Origin: Antedon mediterranea
Taxonomy: Eukaryota > Animalia > Echinodermata
Assembly: GCF_964355755.1 (NCBI RefSeq)
Contig: NC_092680.1
Span: forward strand, 1,488,001-1,552,000
Length of the DNA stretch: 64,000 bases
Direction of reading: 5' to 3'
Shown: positions 14,701 to 25,424 of the stretch, piece after piece
Numbering within the stretch: position 1 is the stretch's first letter
How the letters are laid out: each line of letters opens with the position of its first letter
Made by a program: the position numbers and the translations under genes
Notes under the pieces: model-generated
The model's input: the letters and a program-made list of their open reading frames with translations, nothing else
The model's database searches: none
What the model was told of the DNA's origin: nothing

Positions 14701-15012
14701 TGTCAATAAGAAATTAAGTAAATATTTTGTTTTTCTTTTGTAAAGCATTGTATGCCTAGGGATAATTATTTTACCATCCTGTACGCAATTATATTGCATA
14801 CTTGTTCATTTTGTTCAATATACCAACATCAATACATTCTGTTGGACTGACACATTGATCAATAATAATAATAATTTAATATCATTATATAGTATACGGC
14901 CGCAGTAAAATTAAATTGCGTTTGGAACTGTACCAGGTGTGAAATTAGCTGTACAGATAATAATGAATTTCTCTCAGAAGCTATGTATTATACTACATGC
15001 AACAATATGCGT

Positions 15013-16240
15013 ACTATATATAAATTTAAGTAAGGGCAAAATTTGGTAAATCGCGCGTTATTTCTAGAATGTTTACTCGATGGTATATAAAGTTGGTTAT
15101 AATCTCGGTACTGATTTTAACCACCTGATGTAACCCTGTTTACTAATTAAATTTAATTAGATAATTAGTTATTGACAATTAAAACGAATTTAGGTTCAAC
15201 CATTTGCCCCAAATAGGGGTGTTTTCCGATCGTGGTATACACTGTCTAATGGATGTCCTCATGAAAAATACCTGTACACAATAATACGAGGATACTTCGC
15301 ATTTTTCTATCTCCTCCTACGATAATTGTTTTTAATAGCTGAAAACCGGTTGAACAGCTCGAGTACAGTATCATAATGTTGAAGACAGGCCGATTTTCTT
15401 TAAAAAATACTATTTTGATAGATTTAATATACGTTTATACAAATGTATTGATTTGCGATGAATGGAACATTCCAAATTATTTGGTTTAACCATGCTTGCA
15501 TACCTCCATGATTTAACACAAGTAGGTCAATTTATGGGCCCTTTGAGAATAAACATAAATAGTATTGTAAAGCTATACAATACTGTAAATAGGTATTAAC
15601 CACTTTTGATAGCCATTTGAATCGCAAATTTCTTATTGTGTGTGTTGGTAGGCCTACTGTTTATTATAATATAAACAAATATACTAATAAACTTTATTAC
15701 TGTGAGTGTGGGTAGCCCCTTCTTTTAGATTATAAACACATAATAATATAATACTTTATTACTGGCAGTTGCTTCTCAACGTTTGTATTAATTAATAATT
15801 ACAAAAAAATATAAACGTCGTGGTGGTGTATCGTTACATGTACTTTACTATTTCAATCGACTATGACAGTGACAATTTTAACAGTTATTAAATCGGAAAT
15901 GTTTTACTCTTTTTAGGGTTATATTGTTTATAGGCCTATTAAAAAAAAAACCCCAACCCTCAATAATGTTTGATACAAAATACAAATTGGGTTTGTTTAA
16001 ATGAGTCCAAATCGAACATTTGGACTCATTTTGTGAGAAGTTTCTCTTTTGGAAGTAATTCGCACGGTGCTAATTTTGGTTGACTACATAAATACATAAA
16101 TAAATGTTTTATAGTCATGCGGTACGTAGGCCTACGATTTGAAATCGCCAGTTTTTTTACGCTGAAATTACTATGTATTCGAGAACCATATGTGGGCACG
16201 ACCTAGATGGTACGCGAGCGAAGCGAGCGTACCATCTAGT
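15013..16240 (+). mobile_element. probable non-autonomous Helitron-like element
   Basis: 3' end is a GC-rich hairpin finishing in CTAG followed by T (16203-16240); possible 5' end ACTATATATAAA near 15013; interior richer in CpG than flanks; 5' boundary uncertain. Confidence 0.45.
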
Positions 16241-16484
16241 ACATGTAATTAATCCAAGTAAATTAAACTATAATATTATTATTGTTTAATAAAGTAAAAG
16301 ATTATTTCATTGAATTGTGCTTTTTTTATATTAAATATTATAAATGATTTGTTTATCAATGTATTAAACAAACTCTGAATTAAAACAATTCCGATTTTTA
16401 ATATTTATTTTTCAAAGTTTAAAATATTGAATCACAGTGATTTTAATCAGAATTTATTTGCATATTATATGAACATATATGGTT

Positions 16485-16590
16485 TGAGAGAGGCAACTGC
16501 AAGTAAAGTGTCTTGCTTAAGGACACATTGCGACAAGCATTGAACTTGAACTCACAATCAGCAGCCCAACGTCCAACACACTGCACCATA
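16485..16590 (-). mobile_element. decayed SINE fragment of a second family
   Basis: Minus strand gtgtccttaagcaagacacttt motif typical of tRNA-SINE cores; related remnant near 60545-60600. Confidence 0.4.
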
Positions 16591-16591
16591 T

Positions 16592-16751
16592 GCTCTCTGA
16601 ATCAAACAATTTTTGACAAAAAAATGTGATGTGCCCAAATATAGCAGTGATATGCCAAATATGGTAGTGATATGACATCATCATGTTTAAGTTTGACAAA
16701 AAAAATCACATTTTTTTTTCTATATCAAGTTTGATAGTGTAGACAGAGCTT
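16592..16751 (+). mobile_element. MITE family A copy (5' end degraded)
   Basis: gtgatgtgcccaaatat...aagtttgatagtgtagacagagctt. Confidence 0.75.
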
Positions 16752-17171
16752 CAATTCAAGTTTGATTCAGATAATGCTCAAGATGATCAGGTATATTTAC
16801 TGCATTAAATGTCTCTATATTGAATTCATAAATGAATACAACTTGCAACATCAGTCGGTTTCATGTTAACTCCTAGTAGACTATTGATAATGTGTTGAAC
16901 AACTTAAAAGATAACATTTCAAAATGTTGTATGGCAGAGTTTGAAATTAAGATCACATAGTAGTAACCAAGAAGATACATGTTACATTCATGTTCAGTTT
17001 ATGTAGGTTGTTACATAGTATTATTTTTATTAACATCTAGATACTAGGCTACTGTATAAAAACGCTGTATTAGTAGCCTATGATGCAATGAAAAATTAAA
17101 TTACTTGTAATGTGGCATGAAATTGTATACCGGTAATGCGCAATATCATACTGTATGTATATGTAATGCAC

Positions 17172-17426
17172 TGTTTCTATTGTTATATTTCTTTTATTCC
17201 TGTCCACCCAGGCAGCACTTGCCAACTCTTATGCTATGACTTTATCCAAATTCCCTCACTTGCACTGATGAAGGGCTAGTGTTGCCCGAAAGCTCTGCTA
17301 ACTTTTCTGGCTGTTTACTTTATCGTTTTGATTTAGCTTTTGCGCTTTTTTTTTGTATCTCCGTTAAGATCCAGCCACTGATACCCACAGCATTGTCATT
17401 TTTTGTCAGTAATTTGCCTTTGGATT
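17172..17426 (+). mobile_element. Penelope-like retroelement pLTR / retrozyme-like fragment containing a hammerhead ribozyme
   Basis: Contains a hammerhead core; 3' part recurs at 57896-58438; flanked by imperfect direct repeat TATATRTAATGCAC (17158-17171 and 17427-17440). Confidence 0.65.
17260..17300 (+). ncRNA. minimal type I hammerhead ribozyme
   Basis: gca-CTGATGA-a-GGGC(tagtgtt)GCCC-GAA-AGCT-C^tgc: catalytic boxes, 4-bp stem II, palindromic AGCT stem III, 3-bp stem I; architecture of Penelope-associated minimal hammerheads. Confidence 0.75.
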
Positions 17427-20257
17427 TATATATAATGCACATGTATATGTAATATACATGTTTATTTCTTGATCATGTAATAATAGAACAAAATACAATA
17501 CATCAACATTTATCACTACATACTAAATAAACTAAGAGAAGAATATGAAAAAATAATACAAGGACAAAGGACGGGAAGACAAGGACAAAGGACGGGAAGA
17601 AAAGGACACAAGATAAAGGAGAGAAACCTGCAGATTTGTATCTTGAAGTGTCCAGAAAGAAGAAGAAAAATAGTAAGATAATTATTTTAAAAAGTTCTCA
17701 AATTGTGTGCTCTAAAGGTTATTAACCAAATGGAATCAAACAGTTTATACATATTTTTTCAGGCAGTTTTGCCAGGCTCTATACAGTTTGAATTCGTCAT
17801 CTTCGAGCAATATACCCATGCCCATGTATATCACTACCGTATGTTATAGAAATTCCAACTTACAGAATGACCTAGTCTCAGGCTCGAATGTCAAACCCCT
17901 ATTATATCACATCTTACTCAAATGTAGTAAAACCTTTCACAACCAAATATACTAAATTCAAATGTTATTGAAAAAAAAAATCTAGCATATACCCATATGA
18001 ATAACAACACTATGTGCTGTCGTTAACTGCGAAAACCATTTTGTAATCGTTATTTATGCAGTATATAAAAGCTCTCAGGACTAGTGTTCTTTTTCTTTAC
18101 GTTATCCTATAAGATTTCAATCCTAAGAGAATTGATTGAACCTTTTACGGATTTAGTTTTCACAGAATATCTACAATTAGAGTGAATAAAGGTGTTTATG
18201 TGTACTAGTTGGCTGATGTACCTAATGATGTATGTCAATATATGACAACAACCGAATGTCAAAAAATCACTCACAAATATTTTGTGTCAAATCATCGTGA
18301 TGTGACATTACAAAAACTACTAATTACTCTTCATTAAAGTTTTAAGTGTTATAATAATTGTATAGCATTATTAGAAAAATTACGTTCTGTTGGTAAATAC
18401 CTTTATTGACAAAATATGTAAATTTTGTCAACCTATATTGATTTTCTTCCCAGGAGGCACGGATACGTCAGAGTAACAGTTACAAGACTCAGAAGTACTG
18501 AGCTTAATGTTGATCTTTTACATCGTAGGCCATAATTTTATTGTAATTTTCAAAATAAGGTCATTATCATTAGACCTGCCCATGGCAGATTTTTGGAAAC
18601 TGTTTTTATTGAATATTGTGAGCGATAGGAAACAGGAGCAGATTCATTCAAACTTGGTTTCTATTGCCTTTCAGAATCTTAGTAAAAATCTGTTTCTGCG
18701 ACTTGAAATACCTCGTAGAAGAGGCCTAAAATACATCACTAAAAACAAGATACACCTGTGCTAATATTTGTGTATTAGATGAGAATACGACAACAATTAC
18801 CTGCACTAGATTAGACAAACCGCCACAGTTGTGCAAATTGTAATGACACACGATTTAATATGGGTTAAGTGATCAGCTAATATATGGTATACAAATTATG
18901 AAAGTTTAGGAGATAAACGGGGAGAATTTTAAAAAAGACAGTCAGGCTTTTAACGAATGAAAATATTCTCTACATTTAACCAATGCAAAAATATTTGTTA
19001 TTTGTTTTATATAATACTTTTCTAAAATAAACTTTTATTATAGATCAATATGAATAACAAGTTTGAGGCTAGGCGATTCAAAACAGTGGATCTTGAGTTG
19101 AGCAGTTACAGTACCGACTACAGATTAATTTTCAAACATGTATCATTCAACAGCCTAGTGCATCACACACAATTCTTAGAAGAAAAAACAGCCAATCAAA
19201 TGGCAACAATACACTTTGTGTGTTCCAATATAAAACATCACATACTATATTTTAGGATCTATTCAGATATCTAATTTCCTATATAATTTTAATGCAAACA
19301 TGAAGTTACTGTATTCATAACTTATTTTTTAGTTTGTTTACACAATGCATTTTCAATTATTTTTTTCTATTGATCACATGTTAAAAAAATTGTTTAAATA
19401 TACAGTACAAATTTATAATGCATTCAATATACTCTACCTGAATCTGTAGAGGGCAGTATTCAAAAAACTTATATGCTCAGGTTAGTTTTTGTATTCACAT
19501 GTCAATGATAAATGTTAATATAGATAATTAAATTAAACAACGTTTCTGTTATCGGGTAATTCTAAAATTAGATTAGTACTATTGGAACAATCACTAGTCA
19601 CTAGGCCTAGGCATGAACAGGCTCTCAAAATATTAAATCAAAAGCACAAGACATTAAATTGTAAAATGTGTCATAATTATAGGCCTAGTAATAATTGTTT
19701 GGTGTAACCTTTTTGTTTTCCATTTCAATCAAGACGGTTCTATAGGTCAAAAGCTATAATAGTATAAGGCACTACTGTATATTCAAATCATGATTTAATT
19801 TCAAACGATGACGTCAAACTATTTTATTGATTATGACAAAGTTTCTAATTATAGAATGAATTCTAGAGCAATAACAAATAATTAACATAGATCTTCAATA
19901 TTTTACATGAAAATTCAAAAATAAAAGCTGAATGGGTTAATTTTACAAGGAAGTAGCCTTCTTTCAGGTCAGAAATGGATCAAACAATATGTACAAGTTC
20001 CAACCATCTTGACTAACCAGTTTTCACCTTTAGCAAATGCAAATGACCAGTCCACAATTAGAATTGATCAAAACCAGGAAAGAAAAGGTAAACAAGACAA
20101 GAATCACCGCATCATCTGTCAGAGATGTAGAGTGCCCCCACACACACGTTCATCAATAATCAATTTCAGGATACTTTGCAGTTTTTTATACCAATTAAGA
20201 CAAGACAACATATAGAAAATTGAGAAAGAATTAAGAACAAAATATTACTGTACTTAC

Positions 20258-20438
20258 ATTGGGTTGCATTTTGCGAATATTATGCATGCCTTTACTCCAT
20301 TGACTCTTAATAGCCTCACTTTTAGGCACAAATTCATCCTCATCTGGTTCCAGTGGCTCCTGCAGTCCTAGGCAGTCCTCTTGGCTGTGCAGCTCTGAGC
20401 GGCTAGCCCTAGGAGAAGACATTCGGCTACTTCTTGGG
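20258..20438 (-). CDS. unc-13: unc-13 exon 9 (181 nt): SPRSSRMSSPRASRSELHSQEDCLGLQEPLEPDEDEFVPKSEAIKSQWSKGMHNIRKMQPN
   Basis: cttttag acceptor and gtaagt donor; phase 2 to phase 0; ends in a W-x3-M-x2-I basic helix resembling the Munc13-1 calmodulin-binding segment AKANWLRAFNKVR. Confidence 0.85.
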
Positions 20439-20540
20439 CTAAAAGTTTTTAAAAATACATTAGAAAACTATGGTTTGTCAACTACTCTTTTAAGTGTACT
20501 AAACATAACTTGTGTGAAACAGAACGCAAGCATACTGTAC

Positions 20541-21454
20541 CTATCTGTGGCAAGAGAGTGTTTGCTTCCAATTCCACTGTAACTTTCATTGACGGGAACA
20601 ATACCCTTTTCGTATCTATTTTTACTGAAGCTTCCATCGGATTCAACATCACTACGGGTTGGTTCTTCAATACTACCAAGGCTGTCTGAAAACGGCTGAA
20701 GCTGCTTGTCAATCCCAGGATCATGGTTCCTTTTGGGATACATATCCGATACGTACGAATCCTGGACGTAGCTTTCAGTGTGGTAATTTCGGTGAATGTC
20801 CTGCGTCGACCGACCGTAATCATTGTAATAGTCAACGTGCGAGGGAGCATCATTTTCCTGGTGGTGCATATGCGGGTTGATATCATCTTTCCAATCATAC
20901 CGCGTTATCGTTCTATTATAATCGTTCTGGCTATCGTAACCTCGATGATCATCATGCTGCCTACTTATCGGGTAATCGTCCTCGCGATAATAGTCTTTAA
21001 CATGCATATCTTCGCGTGAGTAATACGGATACATTTGTAAACCGTCTACGTAATCATCGTTGTACTGTTGAAGTTCATGACGCGATGAGTAAGCGTCTTC
21101 TTGATAGCCTTTTGAATACGCATCCTCTGGGTACGAATCCTCATAATTATCAGGTTCATACTGCTGTTCGCGATATCGTATGCTGTCAAATTTCTCCTGA
21201 CTGGCATACACATCCGCAACGTCCTCTGGATAGCTGGGATAGTCTCTGCAGATGTCACTGTTACGTCTTGGATCGTCATCTACATAAGAACTAGATTTGT
21301 AGCTTCCCTGGTAATGAGGTATATCGTACGAATGAGGATAGTCATTCTCATAGTAATCGTTCCTACCATGTTCGGGAGAATTGCTTTTGCGAGAATAAGC
21401 GTGCGGATCTGCTGAACTTCTTCTACTCGTGTCGTGGTATCTTGAATCGTAGTG
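20541..21454 (-). CDS. unc-13: unc-13 exon 8 (914 nt), Tyr/Asp/His/Ser-rich low-complexity linker (HYDSRYHDTS...KHSLATD)
   Basis: actttag acceptor, one open frame (extends ORF 20468..21211 upstream), AG|gtacag donor; phase 0 to phase 2 fits both neighbours; GC clearly higher than the introns. Confidence 0.85.
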
Positions 21455-22079
21455 CTAAAGTTTAAAAACAAATTGAAAGAAAATGTTATGAAAATTGGTA
21501 ACAACAATTTTCACCAGGTTCCAAACAAGTAGAACAACATTGGAAATTGAGAAAGTTCCTCATAGCATCCATTCACACAAAAGCAGACAATGTAAGCTTG
21601 CAAAATACAGAAAGTAAAATGATTTCAATGTGAAAAGGAACCATTACTCAGTGAAACACAAATCAACAACAAAGGCAGAAATACTGCTATACTGTATATT
21701 CTACAAATACTTTAAAATTTGAATCTGCTGCCCTCTTCAGATGTCATATCTAGTATGTATCACTAATATCCATGTTTATTTATAACAGTACCTGATCATT
21801 GAGCATATAATTTCAAAATTATAGAGGACACAAAATATTATATTTCACAGAAATGATAACTGTATACTCGAAGCTTATTCTGGATTTACAATTCATCTCC
21901 CTACTGGAATCTCTCCCATAAAGCCTTGACTTTCCTTTGCTTTCTCTTTTTTTGTTTAGTAAGAAACAAATTATTATCTTAGGATCATATATCCAGTGCC
22001 TAGAAAATTGATAGCCAATCTTTTTTGTTTAAAATTACTAATTTCATTCCTACTTAGAAAGACATGAAAGATATAGTTA

Positions 22080-23365
22080 GGAGTTAGAATCAGTCAGTAT
22101 TCTTAAACACCACTAATAAGGAACAACACTTACGACATATCACTCACTCTTCCCTGGTGTGAGGAGTGAGAACCAGTCAGTATTCTTAAACACCCTTACT
22201 AAGGAACAATACTTACCACATCTCACTCACTCTTCCCTGGTGTGAGGAGTGAGAATCGGTCAGTATTCTAAACACCTTTACTAAGGAACAATACTTACCA
22301 TATCTCACTCACTCTTCCCTGGTGTGAGGAGTGAGAATCGGTCAGTATTCTAAACACCCCTACTAAAGAACAATACTTACCATATCTCACTCACTCTTCC
22401 CTGGTGTGAGGAGTGAGAATCGGTCAGTATTCTTAAACACCACTACTAAGGAACAATACTTACAACATCTCACTCACTCTTCCCTGGTGTGAGGAGTGAG
22501 AATCGGTCAGTATTCTAAACACCCCTACTAAGGAACAACACTTACCACATCTCACTCACTCTTCCCTGGTGTGATGAGTGAGAACCAGTTAGTATTCTAA
22601 ACACCCCTACTAAGAAACAATACTTACCACATCTCACTCACTCTTCCCTGGTGTGAGGAGTGAGAATCGGTCAGTATTCTTAAACACCCCTACTAAGGAA
22701 CAACACTTACGACATATCACTCACTCTTCCCTGGTGTGAGGAGTGAGAATCAGTCAGTATTCTTAAACACCCCTACTAAGGAACAATACTTACCATATCT
22801 CACTCACTCTTCCCTGGTGTGATGAGTGAGAACCAGTTAGTATTCTTAAACACCCCTACTAAGAAACAATACTTACCATATCTCACTCACTCTTCCCTGG
22901 TGTGATGAGTGAGAATCAGTCAGTATTCTTAAACACCCCTACTAAGGAACAACACTTACCACATCTCACTCACTCTTCCCTGGTGTGAGGAATGAGAACC
23001 AGTCAGTATTCTTAAACACCCCTACTAAAGAACAATACTTACCACATCTCACTCACTCTTCCCTGGTGTGAGGAATGAGAACCAGTCAGTATTCTTAAAC
23101 ACCCCTACTAAGGAACAACACTTACCACATCTCACTCACTCTTCCCTGGTGTGAGGAGTGAGAATCAGTCAGTATTCTTAAACACCCCTACTAAGCAACA
23201 ACACTTACCACATCTCACTCACTCTTCCCTGGTATGAGGAGTGAGAATCCGTCAGTATTCTTAAACACCCCTACTAAGCAACAACACTTACCACATCTCA
23301 CTCACTCTTCCCTGGTATGAGGAGTGAGAATCAGTTAGTATTCTTAAACAAGAACCAATACTTAC
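22080..23365. repeat. 82-83-bp minisatellite, about 15 copies, beginning at the exon 7 donor
   Basis: actcttccctggt recurs at 23138, 23221 and 23304 (period 83), first copy at 22146. Confidence 0.97.
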
Positions 23366-23493
23366 CATATTCCTTTCATAACTATAGCTTCCAGGACCTG
23401 CAGTGTAGTCATCAACGTATCGTCCTAAGTGTCTGTGATGATGATGGTGTGATGGACTTGAGTTTACATCACTTGTATAATCACTGTCTTCTG
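23366..23493 (-). CDS. unc-13: unc-13 exon 7 (128 nt): AEDSDYTSDVNSSPSHHHHHRHLGRYVDDYTAGPGSYSYERNM
   Basis: tttatag acceptor and ATG|gtaagt donor; phase 1 to phase 0; EDSDYTSD resembles the DSDY(R/T)S(D/E) motif of the Unc13 N-terminal region. Confidence 0.9.
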
Positions 23494-23908
23494 CTATAAA
23501 AAAAACATCAATTAACAAGTTTGACACTGAATAAACATCTACCATGAACAAGATATCTAATCTATATTTGTAAAGTAAAAATGGGTTTTAATTTTGTTTG
23601 TTATCAATCTTAATATAGATATATACCGTAGGCTATTGTTGCAAGCATTTAGTAAATTTTATCTTTTTCTGTTCCCATTTAGACAATATTGCAGACTAGT
23701 CCATTATGGATTAGAAGTGTAACTGTTCGTATCTGGAGAGCATGGGCTATTGTCGGTTTTTCCAGGTAAGCTAGGCACGAAATATACTGTGCTCAATATG
23801 AAATATTAAAGGGTTTTAAAGGTATTTTTTCACATTATCTGGTAACGCACCAGACTTTTTCCCCCACATTTTTTGGACATTTGTTTTTTATAAATGTATA
23901 GCACATAC

Positions 23909-24022
23909 CCTCTGAAAACTCCCTGTTGCCTGTCTTATAGGGCTGTTCCTTTATTATTTCTTGCTCCATAATATCATTTATTACTTTATACTTAATGCTT
24001 TCTGTTTCTTGAGCTTCAAAAT
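23909..24022 (-). CDS. unc-13: unc-13 exon 6 (114 nt): DFEAQETESIKYKVINDIMEQEIIKEQPYKTGNREFSE
   Basis: ttttttcag acceptor and gtatgt donor; phase 1 to phase 1; positionally the helix following C2A; lies within ORF 23835..24083. Confidence 0.88.
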
Positions 24023-24570
24023 CTGAAAAAAAAACATTTAAGTTTTTATGATATAATTTATGAATGTATATCATAAAATTCATAAATCACATATAGCTGT
24101 ATTCCGTTGTGATGGATTTCAAATGACAAAAGCTATGTAAACATTTTTGTTATTTTTCAATGACAAACAATCTCTGAAATGTAAATAACTATAACTAACT
24201 GTCTTGACAATCTTGAGAATAGAATCATATCATATAAATTCTTTCTTAAACTTTTTTTAACTTTCTTTGAACATTTTACTTTTAAGTACAAGCTGCAATA
24301 AGCTTTTTATTTTAGAATGTTGTACAAGTAGTTTTATTTTATTTTATTTAATCTTATCTTTTAAGTATTTATAGAATACCATTAAAGACAAATGTATTTG
24401 TAACTTTATTTTATTACAAAATAATAATTTATCTCGAATCAAGTAAAAGAAAAATAACACAAATACATATAAAATATGGCATAATTATATCTATTGCTAT
24501 TACAAAAACAAAACCAAGAACATTTTTTTTAAAGTAAATGTTTAACAGATTTACTACTGTAAAAACAAAG

Positions 24571-24685
24571 AATAATTATTAATAAACAGTAAAATATAAG
24601 GATTAAAAATAATTATTAATAAACAGTAAAATATAAGGATTTAAAATAATTATTAATAAACAGTACAAAATAAGGATTTAAAATA
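24571..24685. repeat. about 38-bp AT-rich tandem repeat, 3 copies
   Basis: aataattattaataaacagtaaaatataaggatt repeated. Confidence 0.85.
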
Positions 24686-25400
24686 AACAAGGTACATAAA
24701 AGGTACAAAATATCAAGTCACATCAAACTAAGCAGACATCATAATTTGTACAAGATGGAAATTCAAATTTACTACTACTACCAATACTATTGCTTGAATG
24801 CCCCGTTTACAATTTCACTACCTTTCAAGCATTATCCCGCATGTCCCGCAACTTCCCATGCATGGCCATGTAGGACCAACATTTGTGCAGGTGTCAACAG
24901 GGCTTAACTCTTGTAAATTCTATATTTATTTTAATTAAAATTGGTATTCATAAATACTGTACATCATTATCTTCTAATAATAATATTTTTTAGCTGTTTT
25001 GTTTGTGAGTGATTGAATGATATATCGCAATAGTAAATTTGCGCATTGCCCTAAACTATTATAAGGTTGGGATAACAAAAAACCATAGTATGCTTATAGC
25101 GTAAAACGACAATATACGTTTTAAAACAATCTATTAGACCTCCGCTTAAATGCGACAATGGTATATAAAACAAGTAATACGGATATAACTAATAAAAAAA
25201 TTAATTGCTATACAAGAATAAACATAGAAAACAAGGTACAAAATTAAGTATTACATAGATATACAGTGAGATAATAAAATGGTAAAATATTTGTCTTAAT
25301 TAGTTTTAATATAAAACACTGCAGAAAAATAGTGACAGGTAAGGATCTATAGTATTTAAAAGTATATAAATAATTAGGTTAAACCATAAATAGCTTGTAC

Positions 25401-25424
25401 CTTTAGTAGTGTCTGTGGCTTTAC
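25401..25424 (-). CDS. unc-13: candidate 24-nt alternative microexon (GKATDTTK) between exons 5 and 6
   Basis: ttttttattttgccatgctttag|GTAAAGCCACAGACACTACTAAAG|gtacaag; symmetric phase 1, no stop codon, UGC motifs in the pyrimidine tract. Confidence 0.6.

Noticed and set aside
20482-21507. Overlapping ORFs on other frames and strands around exon 8
   Set aside because: Shadows of the real GC-richer coding exon; only one frame is open across the whole exon and fits both splice phases
22080-23365. CRISPR-like appearance of this and other arrays (also 52311-53040)
   Set aside because: Units are head-to-tail with no unique spacers; eukaryotic intron context and no cas genes
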